Positions 52,950 to 64,000 of a stretch of 64,000 bases of DNA are shown here, one piece after another. The stretch lies in the NCBI GenBank assembly GCA_051362555.1, contig CM120644.1, positions 8,750,954 to 8,814,953 on the forward strand. Reading direction: 5' to 3'. Below the pieces are notes generated by a model, which was given only the letters and a program-made list of their open reading frames with translations, was not told where the DNA came from and made no database searches. Numbering within the stretch: the stretch's first letter is position 1; each line of letters starts with the position of its first letter. The stretch is from Lingula anatina (taxonomy: Eukaryota; Animalia; Brachiopoda). A program made the translations under genes and the position numbers.

Positions 52950-55900
52950 ATTGTACCACCAGCGTTAGCGCTGGCGGTACACATGGTTTCGGTCTCGTCC
53001 GGATCGTTCCGCCGGCTCGGACGGCTACCGTTACCGCTTCTCCTCCTAGACGGTAAGGCCCCCCATACCCATCTCATGGATTTAGGTCACCTATAATCTC
53101 AACTCGTTCCACGTAAAATTTGGGCTTTGTCGGTATTGGGGTCTGGGTGTGGCACTCATTGCAATGCACCCTTGTCTAAAAATGGCAAAATTAAATGCTA
53201 ATTATCTACCCTACGGAAGGAGTTATGGGAAAAATTTCTATAGACGGCTTTCCAAAAGTCATATGTGTAGATTTCAAATATACCCTTGGATTTGACCTTT
53301 GACCTTTACTTCAAGGTCAAATGGGCCAAAATTTTCAAAAAAATGAAATTTTTTACGAAAAAAAAATTTTTTGCCCTGTTATTCAGACACCACACAGACT
53401 TAACCAATAATATTATTGGAAAGTGTTACCCTTCAGGTCATCTTTCATCTCCATGAATTTGGGGTCAATCGGTGCATTTTCACGGGAGTAGCGGCCATAA
53501 GATACCGAAACTGAAAACTGTCTCTAATTCGGGAACCGTTAATGCTAGAGACCCATTCTTTTTTGCATTTTGTAGAGCATGTAAAGCCCAACACTGGTGG
53601 TGGTCTCGGTTTTTTTGTATTCCATACGGTTTTTGAGTTACGCTGTATCAAAAAGTACATATTGGTGGTAAAAGCAAAATGTGCAGTACGGTAATGGATA
53701 ATAAATTTTGAACTCTGGAAAAATAAAACATTAGGCTTGGCAAAGCAGACAACTTGTGTTCAAAAATGACATTATTTCATCAAATTTGAACTTCTGAAAC
53801 TTCAGAGCACCTCCTATTTCAAGAATTTTAACCAAAATGACATTTTCTTTATTTTAATTAATTTTTTCTGTACGAAATTTAAGGCACATTATGGTAACTC
53901 CAAAATTATAACATTTAGTCCCTTATATCTCCAAAACTGGCAGAGATAGGTCTATAGTTACTATTGAAGTTGAATAGGAAGTCATATACTGGCAATCTAT
54001 ATGTGACCTTCAAATTGACCTTTGACCTACTTTTCACCATGAACTGAACTTTGCAAATTTTGCTTCCCTTTTATCTCCAAAACTGGCAGAGATAGGTCCA
54101 TAGTTACTATTGAACTTGAATAGGAAGTCATATACTGGCAATCTATATGTGACCTTAAAATTGACCTTTGACCTACTTTTCACCATGAACTGAACTTTGC
54201 AAATTTTTCTTCCCTTTTATCTCCAAAACTGTCAGAGATAGGTCCATAGTTACTATTGAACTTGAATAGGAAGTCATATACTGGCAATCTAAATGTGACC
54301 TTAAAATTGACCTTTGACCTACTTTTCACCATGAACTGAACTTTGCATGTAAAGCCCAATACTGGAGGTGGTCTCGGTTTTTTTGTATTCCATACGGTTT
54401 TCGAGTTACGCTGTATCAAAAAGTACATATTGGTGGTAAAAGCAAAATGTGCAGTACGGTAATGGATAATAAATTTTGAACTCTGGAAAAATAAAATATA
54501 AGGCTTGGCAAAGCAGACAACTTGTGTTCAAAAATGACATTATTTCATCAAACTTGAACTTCTGAAACTTCAGAGCACCTCCTATTTCAAGAATTTTGAC
54601 CAAAATGACATTTTCTTTATTTTAATTAATTTTTTCTGTACGAAATTTAAGGCACATTATGGTAACTCCAAAATTATAACATTTAGTCCCTTATATCTCC
54701 AAAACTGGCAGAGATAGGTCCATAGTTACTATTGAACTTGAATAGGAAGTCATATACTGGCAATATAAATGTGACCTTAAAATTGACCTTTGACCTACTT
54801 TTCACCATGAACTGAACTTTGCAAATTTTGCTTTCCTTTTATCTCCAAAACTGGCAGAGATAGGTCCATAGTTACTATTGAACTTGAATAGGAAGTCATA
54901 TACTGGCAATATAAATGTGACCTTAAAATTGACCTTTGACCTACTTTTCACCATGAACTGAACTTTGCAAATTTTGCTTCCCTTTTATCTCCAAAACTGG
55001 CAGAGATAGGTCCATAGTTACTATTGAACTTGAATAGGAAGTCATATACTGGCAATCTAAATGTGACCTTGAAATTGACCTTTGACCTACTTTTCACCAT
55101 GAACTGAACTTTGCAAATTTTGCTTCCCTTTTATCTCCAAAACTGGCAGAGATAGGTCCAAAGTTACTTTTGAACTTGAATAGGAAGTCATATACTGGCA
55201 ATCTAAATGTGACCTTAAAATTGACCTTTGACCTACTTTTCACCATGAACTGAACTTTGCATGTAAAGCCCAATACTGGAGGTGGTCTCGTTTTTTTTGT
55301 ATTCCATACGGTTTTCGAGTTACGCTGTATCAAAAAGTACATATTGGTGGTAAAAGCAAAATGTGCAGTACGGTAATGGATAATAAATTTTGAACTCTGG
55401 AAAAATAAAACATAAGGCTTGGCAAAGCAGACAACTTGTGTTCAAAAATGACATTATTTCATCAAACTTGAACTTCTGAAACTTCAGAGCACCTCCTATT
55501 TCAAGAATTTTGACCAAAATGACATTTTCTTTATTTTAATTAATTTTTTTCTGTACGAAATTTAAGGCACATTATGGTAACTCCAAAATTATAACATTTA
55601 GTCCCTTATATCTCCAAAACTGGCAGAGATAGGTCCATAGTTACTATTGAACTTAAATAGGAAGTCATATACTGGCAATATAAATGTGACCTTAAAATTG
55701 ACCTTTGACCTACTTTTCACCATGAACTGAACTTTGCAAATTTTGCTTTCCTTTTATCTCCAAAACTGGCAGAGATAGGTCCATAGTTACTATTGAACTT
55801 GAATAGGAAGTCATATACTGGCAATATAAATGTGACCTTAAAATTGACCTTTGACCTACTTTTCACCATGAACTGAACTTTGCAAATTTTGCTTCCCTTT

Positions 55901-58900
55901 TATCTCCAAAACTGGCAGAGATAGGTCCATAGTTACTATTGGACTTGAATAGGAAGTCATATACTGGCAATCTATATGTGACCTTCAAATTGACCTTTGA
56001 CCTACTTTACACCATGAACTGAACATTGCAAATATTTCTTTCCTTTTATCTCCAAAACTGGCTGAGATAGGTCCGTAGTTACTATTGGACTTGAATAGGA
56101 AGTCATATACTGGCAATCTATATGTGACCTTCAAATTGACCTTTGACTTACTTTACACCATGAACTGAACTTTGCAAATTTTGCTTCCCTTTTATCTCCA
56201 AAACTGGCAGAGATAGGTCCGTAGTTACTATTGGACTTGAATAGGAAGTCATATACTGGCAATATAAATGTGACCTTCAAATTGACCTTTGACCTACTTT
56301 TCACCATGAACTGAACTTTGCAAATTTTGCTTCCCTTTTATCTCCAAAACTGGCAGAGATAGGTCCATAGTTACTATTGGACTTGAATAGGAAGTCATAT
56401 ACTGGCAATCTAAATGTGACCTTAAAATTGACCTTTGACCTACTTTTCACCATGAACTGAACTTTGCAAATTTTGCTTTCCTTTTATCTCCAAAACTGGC
56501 TGAGATAGGTCCGTAGTTACTATTGGACTTGAATAGGAAGTCATATACTGGCAATCTAAATGTGACCTTAAAATTGACCTTTGACCTACTTTTCACCATG
56601 AACTGAACTTTGCAAATTTTGCTTCCCTTTTATCTCCAAAACTGGCAGAGATAGGTCCATAGTTACTATTGAACTTGAATAGGAAGTCATATACTGGCAA
56701 TCTAAATGTGACCTTAAAATTGACCTTTGACCTACTTTTCACCATGAACTGAACTTTGCATGTAAAGCCCAATACTGGAGGTGGTCTCGGTTTTTTTGTA
56801 TTCCATACGGTTTTCGAGTTACGCTGTATCAAAAAGTACATATTGGTGGTAAAAGCAAAATGTGCAGTACGGTAATGGATAATAAATTTTGAACTCTGGA
56901 AAAATAAAATATAAGGCTTGGCAAAGCAGACAACTTGTGTTCAAAAATGACATTATTTCATCAAACTTGAACTTCTGAAACTTCAGAGCACCTCCTATTT
57001 CAAGAATTTTGACCAAAATGACATTTTCTTTATTTTAATTAATTTTTTCTGTACGAAATTTAAGGCACATTATGGTAACTCCAAAATTATAACATTTAGT
57101 CCCTTATATCTCCAAAACTGGCAGAGATAGGTCCATAGTTACTATTGAACTTGAATAGGAAGTCATATACTGGCAATATAAATGTGACCTTAAAATTGAC
57201 CTTTGACCTACTTTTCACCATGAACTGAACTTTGCAAATTTTGCTTTCCTTTTATCTCCAAAACTGGCAGAGATAGGTCCATAGTTACTATTGAACTTGA
57301 ATAGGAAGTCATATACTGGCAATATAAATGTGACCTTAAAATTGACCTTTGACCTACTTTTCACCATGAACTGAACTTTGCAAATTTTGCTTCCCTTTTA
57401 TCTCCAAAACTGGCAGAGATAGGTCCATAGTTACTATTGAACTTGAATAGGAAGTCATATACTGGCAATCTAAATGTGACCTTGAAATTGACCTTTGACC
57501 TACTTTTCACCATGAACTGAACTTTGCAAATTTTGCTTCCCTTTTATCTCCAAAACTGGCAGAGATAGGTCCATAGTTACTTTTGAACTTGAATAGGAAG
57601 TCATATACTGGCAATCTAAATGTGACCTTAAAATTGACCTTTGACCTACTTTTCACCATGAACTGAACTTTGCATGTAAAGCCCAATACTGGAGGTGGTC
57701 TCGTTTTTTTTGTATTCCATACGGTTTTCGAGTTACGCTGTATCAAAAAGTACATATTGGTGGTAAAAGCAAAATGTGCAGTACGGTAATGGATAATAAA
57801 TTTTGAACTCTGGAAAAATAAAACATAAGGCTTGGCAAAGCAGACAACTTGTGTTCAAAAATGACATTATTTCATCAAACTTGAACTTCTGAAACTTCAG
57901 AGCACCTCCTATTTCAAGAATTTTGACCAAAATGACATTTTCTTTATTTTAATTAATTTTTTTCTGTACGAAATTTAAGGCACATTATGGTAACTCCAAA
58001 ATTATAACATTTAGTCCCTTATATCTCCAAAACTGGCAGAGATAGGTCCATAGTTACTATTGAACTTAAATAGGAAGTCATATACTGGCAATATAAATGT
58101 GACCTTAAAATTGACCTTTGACCTACTTTTCACCATGAACTGAACTTTGCAAATTTTGCTTTCCTTTTATCTCCAAAACTGGCAGAGATAGGTCCATAGT
58201 TACTATTGAACTTGAATAGGAAGTCATATACTGGCAATATAAATGTGACCTTAAAATTGACCTTTGACCTACTTTTCACCATGAACTGAACATTGCAAAT
58301 TTTGCTTCCCTTTTATCTCCAAAACTGGCAGAGATAGGTCTGTAGTTTCTATTGGACTTGAATAGGAAGTCATATACTGGCAATCTTACTGTGACCTTGA
58401 AATTGACCTTTGACCTACTTTTCACCATGAACTGAACTTTGCAAATTTTGGTTTCCTTTTATCTCCAAAACTGGCTGAGATAGGTCCGTAGTTACTATTG
58501 GACTTGAATAGGAAGTCATATACTGGCAATCTATATGTGACCTTCAAATTGACCTTTGACCTACTTTACACCATGAACTGAACATTGCAAATATTTCTTT
58601 CCTTTTATCTCCAAAACTGGCTGAGATAGGTCCGTAGTTACTATTGGACTTGAATAGGAAGTCATATACTGGCAATCTATATGTGACCTTCAAATTGACC
58701 TTTGACTTACTTTACACCATGAACTGAACTTTGCAAATTTTGCTTCCCTTTTATCTCCAAAACTGGCAGAGATAGGTCCGTAGTTACTATTGGACTTGAA
58801 TAGGAAGTCATATACTGGCAATATAAATGTGACCTTCAAATTGACCTTTGACCTACTTTTCACCATGAACTGAACTTTGCAAATTTTGCTTCCCTTTTAT

Positions 58901-60939
58901 CTCCAAAACTGGCAGAGATAGGTCCATAGTTACTATTGGACTTGAATAGGAAGTCATATACTGGCAATCTAAATGTGACCTTCAAATTGACCTTTGACCT
59001 ACTTTTCACCATGAACTGAATTTTGCAAATTTTGCTTTCCTTTTATCTCCAAAACTGGCTGAGATAGGTCCGTAGTTACTATTGGACTTGAATAGGAAGT
59101 CATATACTGGCAATCTATATGTGACCTTGAAATTGACCTTTGACCTACTTTTCACCATGAACTGAACATTGCAAATTTTTCTTCCCTTTTATCTCCAAAA
59201 CTGGCAGAGATAGGTCCGTAGTTACTATTGGACTTGAATAGGAAGTCATATACTGGCAATCTAAATGTGACCTTGAAATTGACCTTTGACCTACTTTTCA
59301 CCATGAACTGAACATTGCAAATTTTTCTTCCCTTTTATCTCCAAAACTGGCAGAGATAGGTCCGTAGTTACTATTGGACTTGAATAGGAAGTCATATACT
59401 GGCAATCTAAATGTGACCTTGAAATTGACCTTTGACCTACTTTACATCATGAACTGAACTTTGCAATTTTTTTCCATTTTATCTCTAAAACTGGCAGAAA
59501 AAAAAGACAACTTTCACATTGTTAGCGAAAGTTCATTCCCAATGTGAAAGAGATGAGGACGCGATTTTCATATTTGAGTCTTCGTTGGCCAAATAGCAAG
59601 GAAGAACGTAATATTCGTATCCTCAGTGGGGGATCGTTGCAATCGTATATTAATTCAGTGGCTTTTGTTTGCGAAAGATCCTCAACTACTGAGACAAATT
59701 AATTTTTCACAATTTTCATATTTGAGTCTTCATTGGCCAAAGAGCAAGGGAGAACGTAATTTTCGTATCCTCGGTTGGGTATCGTTGCAATCATATATTC
59801 ATTCAATGGCTTTTGTTTCCGAAAGATCGTCAACTAGTGGGACAAATTAATTTTCACATTCAATCAAGTGAATTCGTGAAAGAACGTTAGCAGAAGATCG
59901 CTATCGATTGTTTTTAACCATCCTTCCCCACTGAAATTTATAATTAAATTATTTTTTTTTCATTTCATTTTAACCCCCTCCCCTTTTTGTGACCAGGTTG
60001 CCATTGTACCCCAATCCTAGAAAAAACTTTTGTTCTGGGTAAAATAATGTAATGGAACTTATTTAAGTCGTCAGAATGTATATAACTTAAACTGATGATA
60101 TTATTACTAGTGAAAATGAAGCTATGATATTTGGCACATTTAACTTTATCTGGCCTTTATCTGTTTTCGTATGTTTAGGCCTATATTTACTCGTACATGG
60201 GGATTTTGAAAATTTCTACTTACAATTTTAAAAGGTCTGGTACCTCTGTTTGGCAAAGATACACCTGCAGTTCATATTGAAATTGAATGAGATATATGTT
60301 AATGTGCCCTTAAGTTTACTTTTTACCGAAACTGCATTTTACAGATTTTCTGATTTCTTTGCCTTCAAACCTAGGAGATACACCACATCATACTGTTTAC
60401 AAGATGAAATTGTATGTCAGAATAAGGACATTTTTGTAATAATAATTTTATTTTCAAAAACTACACTTTCAAGAATAATGTTTTGAATAAAAGTTATGAA
60501 TCAATGAATCAAAATATCTATTACATGAAAGTACACATTAAACTCCTTAAACTGCTAAAAAGTCATAACTTACCAATACATTCATATACTTTATACATAA
60601 ACATATTACACTTGACTTGTTTAACCAAATAAAAAAAAACTCAAACACATCTCATTTCTATTTAATAACTCTTACTATACAAGCCCAAACTAATTTGGAC
60701 CACTTTTCAACAAAATCACAGTTCAGAATTAATAAAATTCTTCCATCTCCATACCTACCAAACCTCTTAAAATTAAAAATCATATCATATAACAGAAATC
60801 ATTACTGCACTCCCCACATTCAATCACAACACTTAAATGATGTCCTACCCCCCTTCCCACATTTTTCCCATACAATTACGCTTACTCCAGCTGGTGGTAC
60901 AATACCAGGAGGCGGTATCGCCTCTCTGATCCTCTAGTT
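52950..60939 (+). mobile_element. Helentron-type non-autonomous element with a 146-bp satellite in higher-order arrangement (copy B)
   Basis: 5' end attgtaccaccagcg-tta-gcgctggcggtaca (subterminal inverted repeat plus hairpin). 3' end gctggtggtacaat..gaggcggtatcgcctc..ctagtt. About 29 monomers lie between about 53920 and 59500. Confidence 0.88.
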
Positions 60940-60984
60940 AGTTGTGCAACTAATAAAACAACCTATAACTTGTTGGTAGTGACA

Positions 60985-63724
60985 TTATTCACAGACGCCG
61001 TTAACACACTTCTGATCTGGTGTACAACAAGTGTAGTAGTCGCTGTACGCGCAGCACGCTTCGTCAGCGGGACAGGGATGATCTTGACAAGTTAACGGAC
61101 GGGGAGGAGGTGTGGGAGGGTCGTAGGCGCACCCGTCGCCATGACATCGTGTGCCTTGGGCGATATTGGCGACTAACAACTCCAAAGCTGACGTGTCCTG
61201 CATAGGGGAAGAGAAACTGAAGGGGCCAAACCAACGTGTACCAAACACAGGCCCGGTGGAATTATGGAAGGGCCGGCCGTCTCGATACGATATGTTACAC
61301 GGTTTCTTCACCGTTGGCTCACATATCGATTTTGATAGCAGAGAACGCATGTTCGTTGCCAAGTAACCCCTGTAAAGTTTAGCGTGAGCCTGATCAGAAA
61401 CGTCTGCGAGATAGCGTAGATTGCGTACGAATATTCCTTTGAACATTTTTGCGTCGTTGTCACATGTTTGGTTCCCCAAGTCGCAATATTCCATCAAAAC
61501 GCCGTGTTTGGATGACAAGGTCATTGTTGCATTGGCAACCATTTGGGCTACGTTCAACAAAGAAGTCTGGTTTGTTGCTTTGTAAAGTTCTGCAAGGCCA
61601 CCGAGAAAAACGCCACTGTTGCACGTAATACCATAAACGTGGTTTGGCGTGCAGTTATTAATATTTATGCCGTCTGCAATCTGGAAGGTTAAAGGATTGA
61701 TCACGAAGTTCTTCGCTAAAAAGTCCATTGTGAGGTTAACACGTGACATCAGCTCTTGTCGTCTGCTTCTAGAGGACGTCAGGTGATATAGCCTCGCTCC
61801 CAGTTGTAGCATCTAAAAATATTGCAAAAGTTGTAATAAGAACGCTTGCAAGCATCCTTGATTTCGTAACAGTAAATGTCATGTCCGACTTTTCTGAAAA
61901 TTACTTCTTACAAAGGAGGGTTTTGTCTACAATACCTTCTTTTAATAACAGACGTCTCCAAGGTAAAACTCTTACCTGGACATTGGTAATCGTCTGCTTG
62001 GCGTTGACATCCTGGTCGAACCACATGCCTCCATGACAGTTGCTAGTATTTGTATCCCAGCCGTTTTTCCAGTTCCAGTCGTAGATCTGCTGAGCGGACG
62101 ACAGGAAAGTGGAGTCCCCAAGGAGCTGAAATATTTAAGTAATCTATGAAGTAAACTATAGCGCAGATGTTGGCGCCATTGCAGACTTCAATGCCAAGCT
62201 TAAGATCGCTATGACTAAATCTCTAAATTTCTATCTGATTTAAAGACCTCAGCCCTACACAAATGAAAAAAATGACAAGTTCTAGATTAATCCCTTAGAG
62301 CAGAGCACAACAAATGTTTAATAAACTAAAAAATAAATAAAATCAGAGAGAGAGAGAGAGAGACTACAGTTCGCTTAGGACGAAAGCTTTCATATTTATA
62401 AACAATCGGACTATAATGTAAAAGTACACTGGAACTTTTTATCATGAAATAAATGTTTGAACACTTAGGTTGTGGTAATGATTTTCCAAAAGGTGCATAT
62501 GGGATTCAACAGACATAAAATGTACCAACTGAAGTACATCATATGATCTTATAATTTATAATACACAATAAAGAACATACATGTTCCTGGCTTATCAGCT
62601 TAAAGACCAATCAAACAAGTTGCTGTGGGTGGTGGCGATACGTGCATGTGCGTGCGTTTGTGTCATCCGCTATGAATTGCGATTGTGAAAATATTATTCC
62701 AGCATGCCCTTACCTCAGCAATTCTTGCAAAACTCAGTCCATACCACGCCATATCGTCATACGATGGTTGGGGTCCGTAAGCCCTCAGAAGTTGAGACAA
62801 GTTTCTGTGCGAACTGTGGACTACAGAGATATAGCGAGAGTTGTTGGCGAATGCCATGAAGTTAGTGAGAACTTCAAGCACGGCGCCATTTCGCCAGAAG
62901 CCGTCAAAACCATTCCACGTCTAAACAATAGAACAGAAATGATCAAACTGATTATTTTCTTTAAACAGTTTAAAGGAAATAGATTACGATTTGATTTTGA
63001 CATAAATAAGCGTTTTTTGCAATTGGTTATCAAAAACAATGGGCCGAGGGATAAATTTAAAAAATTCAACTTCAAAAATGTTGAAAAAAAGAATATCTTA
63101 TGTAGATCTAATAAATTTGTTAAAAATTACCGATTTTGCTTGGAGTAGCCTATTAATTATTTTTTCAATCTATCTATGCACTTATTTTAGTTTCATTTCA
63201 TTATATCCTATCTATTCATTTAACGACCTATTATTATTATTATTATTACAGCTTTGTTTTGCATATTGAATAATTTATATGCTACTTGAATCAAACTGAC
63301 ACCCGAGCGTGCAAAAAAAAAGTCTGTATAATTATCCCGGCATGGTTTCAGGCTACTGTAGGCCTATATATAGCCTATGTAGCTCGATCGTATTAGGACT
63401 ACATGTACCAGTACTTGCCTGGTAGCTGAACAAGCCTGCGATGGGAGATGGCCACCAGTTCTGTTGAAAGGCGTATTCTGTCCTGCAGGCCCAGTAGGCC
63501 GCCTCATCTCCGCCAAACATTGCCAGGGTACACTGAGATGTTGTGTCGTTCCAATCTGATACACCGGTCCCGAGTACCTTTCGCGGAGCACCCCTGACGC
63601 TCCCATTGTTTGGATTAAAGTAGGGTGCGATTCGTGATACGCCCTGTTTATAATGGCACCCTGCACGACCGAAGCACCAAATGAGTACAGAGATATACAC
63701 TCCAATTTGGAGTACCTGAACCAT
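60985..63724 (-). CDS. Glycoside hydrolase family 76-like protein with C-terminal Cys-rich (granulin-like) module, 4 coding exons, about 496 aa
   Basis: Exons 63724-63419, 62920-62714, 62125-61976 and 61812-60985, all phase 0; the first intron is GC-AG. Motifs FWRNGAVLE, YDDMAWYGL (catalytic Asp pair), WDT..CHGGMWF..KQTITN, DGINI..C..ITCNSGVFLGGLAELY, CDNDAKMFKGIFVRNL. The start codon is uncertain because the frame stays open upstream to about 63860. Confidence 0.88.
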
Positions 63725-64000
63725 CAGTGTGCCATATGGCTCGGTGTCATGTCCCAGATGCTCGCACTCCTCAGCTCCCCGCAAACGCTGCGCTCTTTGC
63801 TCAACAGAGGTGCCTCCCGGCCTGCCCCTATCGGACGCACCGTGAACTGTGGGATCATGTGATTAAAGAAACATTACATATTGATTACTTTTTAAAGTAA
63901 TGGAAAATGGTGACCACGTTAATCAATTAGACTAAGTATATAACTGTGTACATTTTTGTTGACATCGCAGGGGGCTGCCATTTTTCTGTTTCCGGCTACC

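Noticed and set aside
29083-57930. Repeated short ORFs (MVKILEIGG..., MYFLIQRN..., MMKSRSKV...) suggesting a gene family
   Set aside because: They are translations of the satellite spacer and monomer; the repetition is explained at the DNA level.
53577-59500. CRISPR-like repeat/spacer appearance
   Set aside because: Units are 146 and 330 bp with near-identical spacers, there are no cas genes, and the context is eukaryotic.
62365-62392. ggacgaaag resembling half of a hammerhead ribozyme core
   Set aside because: No upstream CTGANGA or supporting stems.

Overview
AT-rich animal genomic DNA with spliceosomal introns. The gene and repeat content suggests a marine invertebrate, probably a mollusc (inference). 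Four host genes could be reconstructed with phase-consistent splice sites: a secreted coiled-coil/C1q-domain gene (+), a 14-exon PLXDC1/2-like receptor gene (-), a head-to-head tastin/TROAP-like gene (+), and a GH76 (alpha-1,6-mannanase/Dcw1-like) glycoside hydrolase gene with a Cys-rich tail (-). Mobile DNA is abundant: an intact single-ORF Rex1/Babar-type LINE just downstream of the TROAP-like stop codon, two inverted copies of a Helentron-type non-autonomous element carrying 146-bp satellite arrays (one with higher-order structure), a foldback element with IS3EU-type ends and a 6-bp TSD, decayed Ginger1, Kolobok and hAT elements, and several MITEs. The most interesting observations are a YxxxxL-phi (eIF4E-binding-like) motif behind a signal-peptide-like segment in the LINE protein, a nuclear-receptor site cluster in the satellite monomer, and an intron-containing animal GH76. 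All family assignments come from recalled motifs, not from database searches.
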